64,000 nt of DNA from the human T2T-CHM13v2.0 reference genome, Homo sapiens: NCBI GenBank assembly GCA_009914755.4, contig CP068257.2, positions 31,264,001-31,328,000 on the forward strand. Direction: 5' to 3'. The notes beneath the pieces were generated by a model. It did not search any database. It had not been told where the DNA came from and saw nothing but the letters and a program-made list of their open reading frames with translations. Shown piece by piece: positions 37,496 through 51,094 of this stretch (the stretch's first letter is position 1; every line of letters begins with the position of its first letter). The position numbers and the translations under genes are program-made.

Positions 37496-38086
37496 GCCAC
37501 CCACTTCTTGAAGGTGATTTTTTTACATAGTGCCACCAAAACTGGTAGGCGTGGAAACAGGAGTTTACATCTTCTGAGAGCGTCCAACAGCCTCGGCTTC
37601 AGGCGCCTTATCTTATTTAATCATGACCATATTACCTCTGTTCTGGGCTGAATTGTACCCCCAAAATTCATATGTTGAAGCCCTAATTCCCCATTACCTA
37701 GGATTGTAACCATAACAGGAGATATGGTTTTTAAAGGGGCAATTAAGTTAAAATGAGGTCATATGAGGGGACCCTAATCCAATATGATTGGTGTCATTAT
37801 GAGAAAAAAAATTAGGACACACGCATACACAGAGGGAGTCCATGTGACAGCACAAGAAGGTGGCTGTCTACACCCAAGGTTAGAGGCCTTGGAAGAAACC
37901 AGCCCTGCTGACACCTTCATCTCAGGTTTCTAGCCTCCAGAATTGTGAGAAAATAAAATCTGCTGTTGAAGCCACCCAGTCCGTGGTATTTTGTTATGAC
38001 AGCCTTAACAAAATCATCCAACCTCCATTTTACAGATGGGTAAACCAAGGCTTAGCCAAGTGAGTTAACTGACCCAATGGTATATA

Positions 38087-38421
<335 letters not shown>

Positions 38422-39605
38422 TGAGTATCACGGGCCCAGGTCTGATTTGTCTGATTCCAAAACTCTTATGTTTAACCCCCTCATTAACTGCCTGAAGAAG
38501 GGAGCCGGGGGACAGAATTCTAACACTCCCTGGGCAAGAGTGAACACCTAGGCTTTATGATGCTTTTAGTAAGGGGGCTGTTAGACCAATGTCTCCCACC
38601 GTACTGTTGTAATGTGGGCAGGCCTGTCTGGGGGCTTCCACAGCACGATGTTTGACTGGGGACTTGAAATGGATTTGTCACATAAATTGACTGACAAGTG
38701 GTTCTCAAACCTGTTTGCAAATTAAAATCTTGGGAGCAGCTAGAAAACAAGAGCCATCTTTTTGGGCCTAGCTAACAGCTGCTGGGAATGGACTCCTGAA
38801 ATCTGCATTTTTGGTAGATTCTCTGGGTGAGTCTAATGCATAGTCAAGTTTGAGAACCAATTTAGGAGAGAAAGCATTCAAAGGATATAGTTTCCCAGTG
38901 AGGATAATTTTCATATGGGAAGGACCATTTATTTAAAAGAAATTCACAGGCAGCTCCTCAGTATTTCTGTCCCCCAGGTAACTGGCATGACCTATAGTAT
39001 GCAGGGGGACATCAAGAACCCAAGGCAACCTCTGCTGATCTTTAACAGAAGCTTCCTGCAGCTTCGGGTGCCCCCCATTCCATAGATGGATCCACCACAG
39101 CCCCAGTAACTGATCCATGTCTCCAACCAGCCAGGCAGCAGACAGGTCTTCCTTAAAGGGTCTCATGCTGCAGTTTAATGCTGTCCTCAGTTGAAGAACT
39201 TCAGTGGGGATGTAGGACATGTTTGCTACAACCCTCACGGTATGTTTTCAGGTGCATTAGCATAATTATTAGGTCATAGGCCCCAGCCCTCCAGGTGAGA
39301 GCGGCTTGGGGCCCAGCTTCTTCAGCCCAGTTGGCTGATTACATGCTTAGAATTCAGAAAACTGGCTTGTTTCTTAGGGCACTGACAAAATAAACCCCAC
39401 AGTGTCAGGGTGAAGGAATTCTGTTCTGCTGAAGTCTTTTAGATTAGAAAGGGCAACATCAGGTTCCGATTATAGCTACAAGGGATATTTCCTCATTGGG
39501 AACTCTGTCCTACCTGCCTTATAGGTTTAGACCTCCCCATATTAGTTATCCATTGCTGTGTAATTAAACACCCTAAAACTTATGGGCTTAAAACAACAAC
39601 AAACC

Positions 39606-39905
39606 GGCTGGGTGCAGTGGCTCACACCTGTAATCCCAGCACTTTGGGAGGCCGAGGCGGGTGGATCACAAGGTCGGGAGATCGAGACTATCCTGGCCAA
39701 CATGGTGAAACCCCGTTTCTACTAAAAATACAAAAATTAGTCAAACGTGATGGCACATCCTTGTAATCCCAGCTACTCAGGAGGCTGAGGCAGGAGAGTC
39801 GTTTAAACCCAGAAAGCGGAGGTTGCAGTGAGCAGAGATTGGCCACTGCACTCCAGCCTGGTGACAGAGTGAGACTCTGTCTCAAAACAACAACAACAAC
39901 AAACC
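39606..39905 (+). mobile_element. Alu SINE (AluY/S-like) with a (CAA)n-rich tail
   Basis: GGCTGGGTGCAGTGGCTCACACCTGTAATCCCAGCACTTTGGGAGGCCGAGGCGGGTGGATCACAAGGTCGGGAGATCGAGACTATCCTGGCCAACATGGTGAAACCCCGTTTCTACTAAAAATACAAAAATTAGTCAAACGTGATGGCACATCC ... CACTCCAGCCTGGTGACAGAGTGAGACTCTGTCTCAAAACAACAACAACAACAAACC. Confidence 0.9.
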
Positions 39906-40222
39906 TTATTTTATCTCCCAGTTCCATGGGTCACGGATTCAGGAGAAGCTTAGCTGGGTGGTTCTGACTCAGGGTCCCTCTTGAGGTTCATGTCGTGTGT
40001 CACCTGGGGATGTAGTCTTCTGAAAGCTAGATTGGGGCTGCAGGGTCTGCTTCCAAGGAGGCACACTCACACACCTGGCAAGTTGGTGCTAATTGTTGGT
40101 GGGAAACCTCAATTCCTCCCTCATGGGCTGTTCACAGCCTGCTTGAATGGCCTCACAACATGGCAGCTGGCTTCCCTCTTAGATGGTGATCCAAGAGGGA
40201 GCAAGGCAGAAGTCAGAAGTAC

Positions 40223-40315
40223 TTTCTTTCTTTTTTTTTTTTTTTGAGATGGAGTCTCGCTGTGTCGCCCAGGCTGGAATGCAGTGCCGCAATCTTGGCT
40301 CACTGCAACCTCTGC
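40223..40315 (-). mobile_element. Alu 3'-end fragment, antisense (about 90 bp)
   Basis: TTTCTTTCTTTTTTTTTTTTTTTGAGATGGAGTCTCGCTGTGTCGCCCAGGCTGGAATGCAGTGCCGCAATCTTGGCTCACTGCAACCTCTGC, after which the Alu sequence stops. Confidence 0.75.
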
Positions 40316-40430
40316 TAATCTGTTTTTATATTTTCAGTTAATCTAATGCTAATTTATTATGATACCACTGGCCCAATTAACAGAACACATTATTCCAATC
40401 TGTGGTGAAACCTCCAAGATATGTGTCAAA

Positions 40431-40449
40431 CATATATATATATATATGT
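40431..40449. repeat. (TA)n microsatellite
   Basis: CATATATATATATATATATG read directly. Confidence 0.85.
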
Positions 40450-40870
40450 TTAATGCTACCTTTATGGTTGTGAACAAAATCACTATTTATATTCAAATGT
40501 TATTTGCAGAGCCTTTACTATGTTCCAGAATGCTCTTTCGTATATTTTCCTATTAAATTTTCAAAATCACCCTATAGGCTGAGTATTTCAATGTTTGATT
40601 CATTTCCCTCCATATTCACCTCTAGAGAGGCTAGAGGACTCAATCAAAGTCACATAAGGGGAAGAACCAGTTAGTGACAGAGTCCATTTCCACCATTTGA
40701 AGCCGCATTTGTGACCCTTCACCAGCTGCTTCCTTGAGCTTGGTGAACACATGGCCTCGCTGTCTTCTCTGCGTCACTGGGACTATCTTCTGTGATCACT
40801 GAAGATGATGGTTGTGAATAATGGTGGCATCAGGAAAGTGCGGTGGCGGCCACTTACTGGGAGTTACTGG

Positions 40871-41050
40871 GAGCTTACTGTGTGCCAGGCATGGTGCTAA
40901 ACCCCTGCTTGTGTTGTCCACGCGGCAGGAATTATCATCATTTCACAGATTAACAGACGTAGGTGCAAAAGGCTAAGCCATTTGCCCAGGTCACAAACAA
41001 TTGTTGGGGCTGGAAATGAGGCCTCCTGTGTGACTCACATCCATGCATTT
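40871..41050 (-). mobile_element. MIR SINE, antisense
   Basis: GAGCTTACTGTGTGCCAGGCATGGTGCTAAACC...ATTATCATCATTTCACAGATTAACAGACGTAGGTGCAAAAGGCTAAGCCATTTGCCCAGGTCACAAAC...GGGCTGGAAATGAGGCC matches the MIR reverse complement (CTTACTATGTGCCAGGCACTGTGCTAAGC ... TTTACAGATGAGGAAACTGAGGC...TTGCCCAAGGTCACACAGC ... GCTGGGATTCGAACC). Confidence 0.6.
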
Positions 41051-41154
41051 ACCTGCCAGCTCCTCTCCCCAGGGCTCTGCTTCTGTAACTCTCAGTTGGC
41101 AGGTGGAGACCCTCCCTAAATGATTGATAGCCAGGTTTCCTTTGAAAAGCCTCC

Positions 41155-41523
41155 TGATATGGTTTGGCTGTGTCCCCACCCAAATCTCATCTTAAATTGT
41201 AGTTCTCATAATCCCCATCTGTCATGGGATGGACCAGGTGGGAGGTAATTGAATCATGGGGGCTGTAACCCTCATGCTGTTCTCGCGGTAGTGAGTTCTC
41301 CCGAGATCTGATGGTTTTATAAGGGGCGTTTCCCCCCTTGCTCGGCACTTCTCCTTGCTGCTGCCGTGTGAAGAAGGATGTGTTTGCTTCCCCTTCCGCC
41401 ATGATTGTAAATTTCCTGAGGCCTCCTCAGCCCCGTGGAACTGTGAGTCAATTAAACATCTTTCCTTTATAAATTACCCAGTCTCAGGTATTTCTTCATA
41501 GCAGCATGAGAACGGACTAATAG
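41155..41523 (+). mobile_element. THE1/MST-type MaLR solo LTR
   Basis: TGATATGGTTTGGCTGTGTCCCCACCCAAATCTCATCTTAAATTGTAGTTCTCATAATCCCCAT...GGTGGGAGGTAATTGAATCATGGGGGC...CCATGATTGTAAATTTCCTGAGGCCTCCTCAGCCCCGTGGAACTGTGAGTCAATTAAACATCTTTCCTTTATAAATTACCCAGTCTCAGGTATTTCTTCATAGCAGCATGAGAACGGACTAATAG. Confidence 0.8.
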
Positions 41524-42164
41524 ACTTTGCTTTCCACACTTGCTGCAGTTCCTCAAAACATCACGTAATTGTTTTTATCTGTGTCGACTTTGCAATGTTT
41601 CTCCTAAGCAGTTATATTGCGTTATCAGGTGATTGGGTGAAAACCCAGTTTGGGGGTCAAAATAATTTTATTTCTCTGCTTGATAAATGCTATGTTGTAG
41701 TATTAAGTAATAATGGTAGTGATTTGTAGGAATCAGGAGCATCAGCAGCAAAAGCGAAAAAAAATCATAGGAAAGTCTACTTCATTCATTAAAAATGCTT
41801 ACAATGGAGAGAAGTTAATTTCACCATAACAATAGTGTATTCATTGTCTGGGGCTGCCATAACAACGTACCATACAGCCATCTCTTGGTTTCTGTGAAGG
41901 ATTGGTTTCAGGACCCTCACAGGACACCAGAATCAGAGGAAGCTCAAGTCCCTGATATAAAATGGCACAGTATTTGCATATAACCTGTGCACATCCTCCC
42001 ATATATTTTAAATTATCTCTAGATTACTTATAATACCTAACGCAATGTAACTGCTATGCAAATAGTTGTTATACTGTATTTTAATTTGTATTATTTTTTA
42101 TGGTTGTATTGTTATTTTTTATATTCTTTCAAATATATTCGACCTGTGGCTGGTTGAATGCACA

Positions 42165-42657
42165 GTTGTGGAAACTGTAGATGCCATGCTACAAATTGTG
42201 TGGCCTAAAACACAAAAACTTATTATCTGAAAACTCTGGAGGCTAGAAGTCTGAAATCAAGGTGCTTTCTTTGAGGCCTCTATGGGAGGAGGCTTTCTTA
42301 TCTCTCCTGCTTTCTTTGAGGGCCTGCTTCCTTTGAGGTCTCTACGGAGGATGCCTTCTTCTCTCTCCCAGTTTCTGGTGGCCTCGGACCTGCTGTGACC
42401 TGTGGCTGCATCACTTCAATCTCTGCCTCCATCTTCACACGGCTTTCTCCTTGTGTCTCTGTCTTCTCATGGCTGTCTTCTTATAGAGGCACCAGACATG
42501 CTGGATTAGGGCCCACCCTACTCCAGCATGACCTCACCCGAATTACATCTGCAGTGGCTCTATTTCCAAATAAGGTCACATTTGTCTGAGGTCCTGGAAA
42601 TTAGGACTTGAACATATCTTTTGGTGGGATACAATTCAACCCATGGCAGGTAGTATC
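42165..42657 (+). mobile_element. MLT1-type MaLR solo LTR (same family as 10722-11120)
   Basis: TCTGGAGGCTAGAAGTCTGAAATCAAGGTGC...ATCTCTGCCTCCATCTTCACACGGCTTTCTCCTTGTGTCTCTGTC...CTGGATTAGGGCCCACCCTACTCCAGCATGACCTCAC...TTTCCAAATAAGGTCACATTTG...TTAGGACTTGAACATATCTTTTGGTGGGATACAATTCAACCCATGGCA. Confidence 0.6.
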
Positions 42658-43435
42658 AGGGCTTACCCTTAAATCTAAAAGCTGATGCTCAGGACTTATG
42701 CAGCATTTGGTGTTGATTTGGGATAATTTCTAGGAGTTGGGATACATGGGGGACTTTGGCCTGATCTCATAAACATTCAAGAAGGAAACAAGAAGAAATG
42801 AACGGAAACATCCTTTGCTTTCTGTTCCTCTGGGGGCAGACGGGGCAGGTTTGGTTGGTGAGAAATCTGGCATAAATCTTACAAGCAAATGTGCATGAGA
42901 AGGAGTCCTGTGGGACATTTTCTTGTGCGCATACACCTGGGAGATTTGATGAGCAGGGAATAGCTTATTTTTATGGATGACTTTCTGGTAACCAGATAGA
43001 AGATAGACACCCTGTGTCTCCTCTGCAATGTTTAGTTGCTTCTGTCAAAGACACAAAGTGACAGCTATGCTCCTGGATTCTGGAGAGAGATAAACAGGAC
43101 TTGGTCGCAAATGGCAATTCAAAATGGAGGAAGGCTCTTCCCAGCTGGGCAAGGAGCATCCACTCCACAGCACAGCCTTTGGTAGTCACCTGCATCCACT
43201 CCTACCACTGCCACTTTGTTGTCTACACTCCCTAGTGGCAAACACTTGTACCCTCCTTATCTCAGCAGTGTGATAGCCAGCCTCCAAGATGGCCCCTAGT
43301 AATTCTCACTTCCTTGCATTCACATCCTGTATAGTCCCCTCCCATATACACAGAGCTGACTTGTGTAACCAATAGGATATTTAAGGAATAATGGTATTGA
43401 CTTCAGAGGCTAGCTCATAAAAGTACTTCTGATGG

Positions 43436-43707
43436 CCGGGCATGGTGGCTCACGCCTGTAATCCCAGCACTTTGGGAGACCAAGGCGGGTGGATTGCTTA
43501 AGCTCAGGAGTTTGAGACCAGCCTGGGCAACATGGTGAAACACCTTCTGTACTAAAACTACAAAAGTTAGTTGGGTGTGGTGGCATGCACCTGTGGTCCC
43601 AGCTACTTGGGAGGCTGAGACTTGAGCCCAGGAGGCAGAGGTTGCAGTGAGCCAAGATTGTGCCACTGCACTTTAGCCTGGGCGATAGAGTAAGACCCTG
43701 TCTCTCA
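43436..43707 (+). mobile_element. Alu SINE (AluS-like) followed by a (CA)n tail
   Basis: GGCCGGGCATGGTGGCTCACGCCTGTAATCCCAGCACTTTGGGAGACCAAGGCGGGTGGATTGCTTAAGCTCAGGAGTTTGAGACCAGCCTGGGCAACATGGTGAAACACC ... CACTTTAGCCTGGGCGATAGAGTAAGACCCTGTCTCTCACATG, then (CA)11 at 43709-43731. Confidence 0.9.
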
Positions 43708-43819
43708 CATGCACACACACACACACACACAATTGTAAATGACATCCAAAAATCAAAAAGAACTTTGAGTGGTAGTTTCATTTTCATTGAGGGGAAAGTG
43801 CTTTTAAAGTATGTATACT

Positions 43820-44378
<559 letters not shown>

Positions 44379-45230
44379 CCCGACTCTGCCTGTGTGCCCA
44401 GGGAAGTGGGGTCAGAGTCTTTTTCCTTTTTCTCAGAACCGGTGTATGTGAGGTATGGGCAAGGTCAGTGGAACAGGAAAAAGTCATCGTAAAAGACACG
44501 CGGTAGTGAAATTTGAGGTCAGAAAGAATGCCGAAAACAGTGAGGAAGCAAACCAAAATTTGAGCTCAGAATTGCTACCTCTGTTGTCCTTGGAAAGTTG
44601 AAGGATATTAAACTCTGAAAATGAGTTACCCGAAAGAATTCCTCCAGCTTTCTAAATAAAGGAATTGCGCCTTTGCTCAGGCACCTTTGCAACCTTAATG
44701 AGCTACTGCTGTCTTACTTGAGAACACCAGAGGGCGCTCAAGAGAGGAGGAGGCGACTGGCGACTATCAAGGTATTCTTGTATTTGTCTTTACACCGCCC
44801 TGGTCCCGAGGGTGAGAAGAAAGAAGACAGATTCAACTGTCTCTCTTTCATCTCAGCCCCTCATTAACCAACTTTGGTTCCTCTGCCATTCTTCTACTCA
44901 AAGAGCCTCGGCAAAACTTCCTGACACTGGAGCTAAATAAACCTTCGCCACGGGGAGACCGGCTCGCCGAAAGGGCTGAATCTTGGGTGTCTTTGTATTC
45001 TCAGCCCCTTGGTGCTTGAGAGGGAGATTTTGATTTGAAAACAAGCCCTGGAGAGGGATGCTAAGTGATCTCTCAAGGCAAGGCCTATGATTATTGCCTT
45101 TGGTAGTGAGTTTAGCGACACAATAATGGAAAGTTTGTTGGACCCCAAATCAGGCTCTAAGAAGTCTCAGTTTTGCCGTAACTACCTAATTAATGGGACT
45201 CAGATGCTCATCTGTAGACTTAGGTGGACT

Positions 45231-45669
45231 GCATGGTAATTTCCTAGGGCTGTTGCAATGAAGCACTGCAAACTGGGTGGCTTCAGCAACAAAAATATAT
45301 TGTCTTGGTTCTAGAGGCTGGAAATCCAAGATCAAGGTGTCTGCGCAATTGGTTCCATCTGAAGTCGCTGTGGTAGAATCTCTTTCATTCCTGTCTCCCA
45401 ACTTCTGGTGGTTTGCTGGCAATCTTTGCCATTTCTTCACTTATAGATGCAACATCCCAATCTCTACCTTTATCTTCACGTGGCATTCTCCCTGTGTATG
45501 TGTCTGTCTGTTCAAATTTCCCCTTTTCATAAGGACAGCAGCCATATTGGATTTGTGCCAACCCTGATGACCTCATCTTAAGACCCTGTTTCCAAATAAG
45601 GTCACATTCACAGGTACTGAGGGTTGGGACTTCAACGTCTTTTGCAGGAACACAATTCAACCCATAACA
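45231..45669 (+). mobile_element. MLT1-type MaLR solo LTR (third copy)
   Basis: TTCCTAGGGCTGTTGCAATGAAGCACTGCAAACTGGGTGGCTTCAGCAACAAAAATATATTGTCTTGGTTCTAGAGGCTGGAAATCCAAGATCAAGGTGTCTGC...CTTCTGGTGGTTTGCTGGCAATCTTTGCCATTTC...AATCTCTACCTTTATCTTCACGTGGCATTCTCCCTGTGT...TTTCCAAATAAGGTCACATTCACAGGTACTGAGGGTTGGGACTTCAACGTCTTTTGCAGGAACACAATTCAACCCATAACA. Confidence 0.6.
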
Positions 45670-46380
45670 AATGGCTTCTAAAGTCTCTCCTGGTTTCTTG
45701 ACATTACAGCTATGGAGTTTTGAGAACAGGACTTCCTCCACATGGTGCTAATGATGCATCCAGCCTACACCTCCCCGGAGGAAGGGGTAGTTGTTTTCAG
45801 CCAGAGAAAACTGATTCCAGCCTGGGCACTGGAAGGTTCAAGTTGATTGGTGACAATTCTTTCCGAGAGGCGGTTATCACTGCTTATTGCCACCCTCAGT
45901 GGTTTGGAATCACTTTGTTGCTGGTTGGAGTAAATGGAAAACATATTTAACTTAAAAAGTGAAACATACAATGCTATCATATTGCACAAGCAAACGTGGA
46001 GAGGGGCAGGGGGGCAACTACTGTTTCAAGATGATTTAAGAATTTGATCAAATGTCTGGCTGCACAACTGCGTGTTTTGAAAGCACCTCACAGATGGGTT
46101 CTATAATTGAGAAATGCATTTGTTCTTTGTTTGGTGCATTTAAATAATGTGATTCAAAGTTTGGAGTTGAATGCCTTTCTGAAATGACTTCCCTCCATCT
46201 CGCACACACACGGTAGTGTGTTTTCACAGAACGGCGTGCAGTGGGGAAAGGACTGCATGCTTTTGGAAAGATGTAGCGCACATCCATGAGAAAATATGTC
46301 AAAGAATTTGCAAACAGACACAGAAAAGTAATAACCAAAAATAAGCATCTGTGAAGCCTTGCTTTGTGTTTAGAAAAGAT

Positions 46381-46440
46381 AGGCCAGGCATAGTGGCGCA
46401 CACCTGTAATCCCAGGTGGCTCACACCTGTAATCCCAGGG
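46381..46440 (+). mobile_element. Two tandem 5'-Alu stubs
   Basis: GGCCAGGCATAGTGGCGCACACCTGTAATCCCAGGTGGCTCACACCTGTAATCCCAGG: the unit GGCTCACACCTGTAATCCCAGG is duplicated. Confidence 0.7.
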
Positions 46441-46501
46441 TTTTTCCAGAAAAACCCTCAGCACCTTTTTGTATCTAGGTCTTCCAAGAAAGAAAACATT
46501 A

Positions 46502-46930
<429 letters not shown>

Positions 46931-47366
46931 ACAATACAGAAAAAAATAGCCACAGAGAATTAAAGACATGGCATATTTTTAAGAGCGAAGCACCTCACAG
47001 AAACTGAGAACTCACAGGACTTAATAGGGCGAGGCATTTCAGTGTTCTGAGAACACCGTAGAGCAAACTTCTCCAGTAAGTATTCCTTCCTTAGCATTTC
47101 TGGAGTCCATAGTACTCGAAAAGCTTGATAGAATATTCAGTATCACTAGCTACCAGTGAAAATAAACAACTTACTTTAAAAAGGACGAAGTGAGCATTTC
47201 CAAGTGTCAGGTGATTAGAGCTTCCTAGTGTTCCCTGGAAAGTGGGGCATTTCCCAAAGCCCACTCGCTCTGATCCTGTCCTCTTGGATGGCTTTGGACA
47301 CTAGGACATCATATGGCTTTTCAACATTCCAGGATTCCTGACTTTGGGGGCAGAATCCTGCCCAGT

Positions 47367-47411
47367 GTTTTCTTTTCTTTTCTTTTCTTTTCTTTTCTTT
47401 TCTTTTCTTTT

Positions 47412-47421
<10 letters not shown>
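47367..47421. repeat. (TTTTC)n pentanucleotide microsatellite, about 11 units (Alu tail)
   Basis: TTTTCTTTTCTTTTCTTTTCTTTTCTTTTCTTTTCTTTTCTTTTCTTTTCTTTT read directly. Confidence 0.9.
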
Positions 47422-47703
<282 letters not shown>

Positions 47704-47968
47704 TGATGTTTTCTTTCTTGGAAGACCTAGATACAAAAAGGTGCTGAGGGTTTTTCTGGAATGGGGAACACATGGGTTCTGGTTTTCATATACCTTTGTG
47801 TGGTCTGAACAGGTTCCTCCAATCATAATATGCAAATATATATGATCCTAATGGGCTCTTCCCAAACCCTTTCCAGCTCCAAGACACAGAGCTTGATTAC
47901 CACTTGGTTACAGACTCACAGGAGGATACACAGAAAACTGAATGGACACTGCTGACTCTAATGATCTG

Positions 47969-48165
47969 CAGCGGAGGCTCTTAACCTCCAATGAGCCGTA
48001 GAGTCACCTGGAGGGCTCATTAACACACAGACTGCAGGGTCCTGCTCCAGAGTTCCCAAGTCAGATTCAGCGGGTCTGGGGTGGGCCTCAGAATTTGCAT
48101 GTTTAACAAGATCCCAGGCGATACTGACGCTGCTGGCCAGGGAACCACACTCAGAGACCCCCAGG
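47969..48165 (+). mobile_element. MER20-like hAT-Charlie non-autonomous DNA transposon (family name tentative)
   Basis: CAGCGGAGGCTCTTAACCTCCAATGAGCCGTAGAGTCACCTGGAGGGCTCATTAACACACAGACTGCAGGGTCCTGCTCCAGAGTTCCCAAGTCAGATTCAGCGGGTCTGGGGTGGGCCTCAGAATTTGCATGTTTAACAAGATCCCAGGCGATACTGACGCTGCTGGCCAGGGAACCACACTCAGAGACC. It is colinear with the well-known element CAGTGGTTCTCAAACTTTAGTGTGCATCAGAATCACCTGGAGGGCTTGTTAAAACACAGATTGCTGGGCCCCACCCC...GATTCAGTAGGTCTGGGGTGGGGCCC.GAATTTGCATTTCTAACAAGTTCCCAGGTGATGCTGATGCTGCTGGTCC.GGGACCACACTTTGAGAACCACTG. Confidence 0.45.
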
Positions 48166-48473
48166 GTTCCAGTAATAAGGAACATAGAGAATGCTCCCTA
48201 GGTACCTGGCACCAAGGTTTCACCAGAGTCACCAAGACACACTAAGACTGACTGGCCTGAGCTTTCCCGCCCCTAAAAGCAAGGCTGATGTGCAGGAATG
48301 CAGGGAAAGGACTCAATGACAGGCTACTGTATCTGGATGACTGAAAAACAGACACCTTCACCCCTGGTCAATCTCAAGCTGGCTCAGCATTTGTTTAGGA
48401 GAGTTTAGAAGACTTTAGCAGAGCCAGAGCCCCCAGGAGGGGCCGTGACTCATGTGTCAAACATCATCAGGAG

Positions 48474-48752
48474 ACTGGGCACCATGGCTCATGCCTGTAA
48501 TCCCAGCACTTTGGGAGGCCAGGATGGTGAGATTGCTTGAGTTCAGGAGTTCAAGACCACCCAGGGCAACATGGCCAGACCCTGTCTTGACAAAAAATAC
48601 AAAAATTGGCCAGGCATGGTGGTGCGTGCCTGTAATCTCAGCTACTCGGGGGCCAATGTAGGGGGATCACTTGAGCCCAGGAGGTTGAGGCTGCAGTGAG
48701 CTGTGGTTGCACCACTGCGCTCCAGCCAGGGCAACACAGCAAGACCCTGTCT
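48474..48752 (+). mobile_element. Alu SINE (diverged)
   Basis: GGGCACCATGGCTCATGCCTGTAATCCCAGCACTTTGGGAGGCCAGGATGGTGAGATTGCTTGAGTTCAGGAGTTCAAGACCACCCAGGGCAACATGGCCAGACCCTGTCTTGACAAAAAATACAAAAATTGGCCAGGCATGGTGGTGCGTGCCTGTAATCTCAGCTACTCGGGGGCC...GCGCTCCAGCCAGGGCAACACAGCAAGACCCTGTCTTA. Confidence 0.9.
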
Positions 48753-48790
48753 TACAACACAACACAACACAACACAACACAACACAACAA
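48753..48790. repeat. (CAACA)n pentanucleotide microsatellite (Alu tail), about 7 units
   Basis: CAACACAACACAACACAACACAACACAACACAACAAAAAACC read directly. Confidence 0.9.
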
Positions 48791-49512
48791 AAAACCCACA
48801 TCATCAGGGAGCAAGACAGGGGTCTCAAGGGTGGTGGCAGGTCAGAATGTCACAGGCCGCATCAGCACATTCATTGCAGGCTAAGCAGTGAGAACATGGA
48901 GACTGTGGTCATCTAACCTTCCTTCCAAAAGGGGTTTTCAAATATTGTTTGAGTGGCAGACAAAGATATGAAAAACATTGAGGCAGAGCTTCTCTGGTTG
49001 AAGTGAGAAGAGGGTGGGCAAGGGGTCTGGAGGCAGGACAGGATGGGGAGAAGGATACCTCTGGCATCCCCCTTGCGTGGCCTTTCTCTTGATCTGGTGC
49101 ACCTGCAGGACCTCCATGGAACCCCAGGATTCCTCAGAACACAGTTGGAAAACCATTGAATGGACCTCTCCCTTCTCCCTCATTCACGCATCCACCAAAG
49201 GCTTTCTGAGCTCCTCTGTGGAGGAAACCTCTGAGGTGCTACAAAACACAGATACTCCCAGCACACTTTCTGACTTCCACAGAGTAGAAACTATCAGAAA
49301 AGATTAGATCATAGTTTTATTGGAGAATTGCTGGGCAATGCAACAAAATGAGTATGCCTGGGGTTATGAATACCATGAATACCTGGGGTTATGAATACCA
49401 AGAGCTATTCATGGTTATGGGTGGGTTTACCTAGTCATGGTAGCCTTACCTGAGACCTGGAGACTTAACCAGACAGTGGTAATGTCAGGCTCTGGCTCTG
49501 GGGGGAGGTTAG

Positions 49513-49552
49513 TGTGAGTGTGTGTGTATGTGTCTGTGTGTGTGTGCACATG
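49513..49552. repeat. Imperfect (GT)n / GT-rich microsatellite
   Basis: GTGTGAGTGTGTGTGTATGTGTCTGTGTGTGTGTGCACATGTG read directly. Confidence 0.8.
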
Positions 49553-51094
49553 TGCACGCTAATGGTAGTTCTTTCAGGCAACTGGACGTCTCTGCACATA
49601 GCAGGCGCTCAAGGGATATGGACTTTGACTGCTTCCATTGCCTACTCATGAGACCACCCTGTTCTATTACAGGAAGGTGGAATAGTCTCATGGTTTAGAA
49701 CATGGACTTTGGAGCCACGCTGCTGAAGTTCACAACCAGCCTGGGTGAACTTGGGCACGTGACTGAACCTCTCTGTTCTGGTTCCCTGACCCATAAAAAT
49801 GGGAGTGATGATAGCACTTGCTTCACAGAGTTGTTGAGAAGTTTGCATTAATCAACATCTCTAAAGCACTTAGGAAAGGCCTTGCTGTATGACAAGGACC
49901 ATCATTTGATATGTGGTTATAAGAGGTTTTTTAATACTTGGACATTTTACTCTCAATAAATATTTGATTTTTATTTTTAGGAGGCAAGACTGGGAAAGCA
50001 TTAGAAGCTAGCTGCTTGGAGGCCTAAATCCTCTAACTTCTCTCAAAATTTCTTAAATTTTTAAAATATATCAGCTGGTACCTTCAAGGCCAGATGTGAA
50101 AGTTATTTTATGATGGGAGCATCAGCTATCTGGTGTAAGAGCTGAATAGCTCTTAAGAGAAGCAAACAGGGTTGGAATCCAAGACTGACCCCTGATCTCA
50201 AGTTTTCTACTTCCCCCACCTCTTTGTCATAACTCAAGAATTAGTGGAGAAAAGAAAAGCATCCTTCATAAGCTATGATTATTAGAACAGCAAAGCCAAG
50301 AACAGTGGCCATTTAATGAGCACATACTACGTGCTCTAGGCCATGCTCAGTACTTTACGTAGGTTCTATCCTAGGCTGGGTTTCCCAGGAGCCCCAGAGA
50401 CAAAGTTCATGTGCAAGTCATTTATGAAAGATAAGCTCCCAGGGAAAAGAGGTGAGTGAGTGAAGAAGCAGGACACGGAGAGGGAGGAAACCGAGCAAAT
50501 GTATGATCTCAGGCAAAATCGCTCCAAGGCAACTGTCACCTGATCCTGCAGGGGACAGTGGAGTGTAAATTACCCCAGAGTTATGCCCAGTAGAAGCAAG
50601 GAAGCTGGGCTTTTCTTACTTGCATGCCATCAGTTAGAGGATCAGGCCCACCTTGGGGGAATACAAATTCCCAGGCACTTCCAGCTCCACGTCTTTGAGT
50701 AAAGTGGGGCTCCAGTAGACCAAGGGAAGCCACAGGTGCTGGCTGTAGGTATGGGAAGCAAAACGAATCTCAAGAAGAAGAGTGCAAAAAAATGAGAAAA
50801 AGGGGTCCAAGGAGATCTCAAAGGAGAAGGAGTGAAGAAGCCCAGTCCTTCCACATAAGTGTGACTTGGCTCCAAAGAGAAAATCTGGAAGCCATGATCT
50901 TGGCCTCCATCAGCTATCATCAACAAATCGCAGGGGAGGCCATGTGGCCCATGGTTGTGAGTCATCCCTCGAGTAAGATTCAAATCCTCCTGCTCCATTC
51001 ACTGACTGTGTGAACTTGGTGATCTCATTGACCTCATTTTCTGTATCTGTAAAATTGAGACAATAATAGAACTTGTATCAAAGTGAGTTGTTCT

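Noticed and set aside
46048-46464. 138-aa minus-strand ORF
   Set aside because: It overlaps the tandem Alu stubs (46381-46440) and unique AT-rich sequence. I see no splice or start signals, and the peptide shows no recognisable domain-like pattern. It is consistent with a chance ORF.
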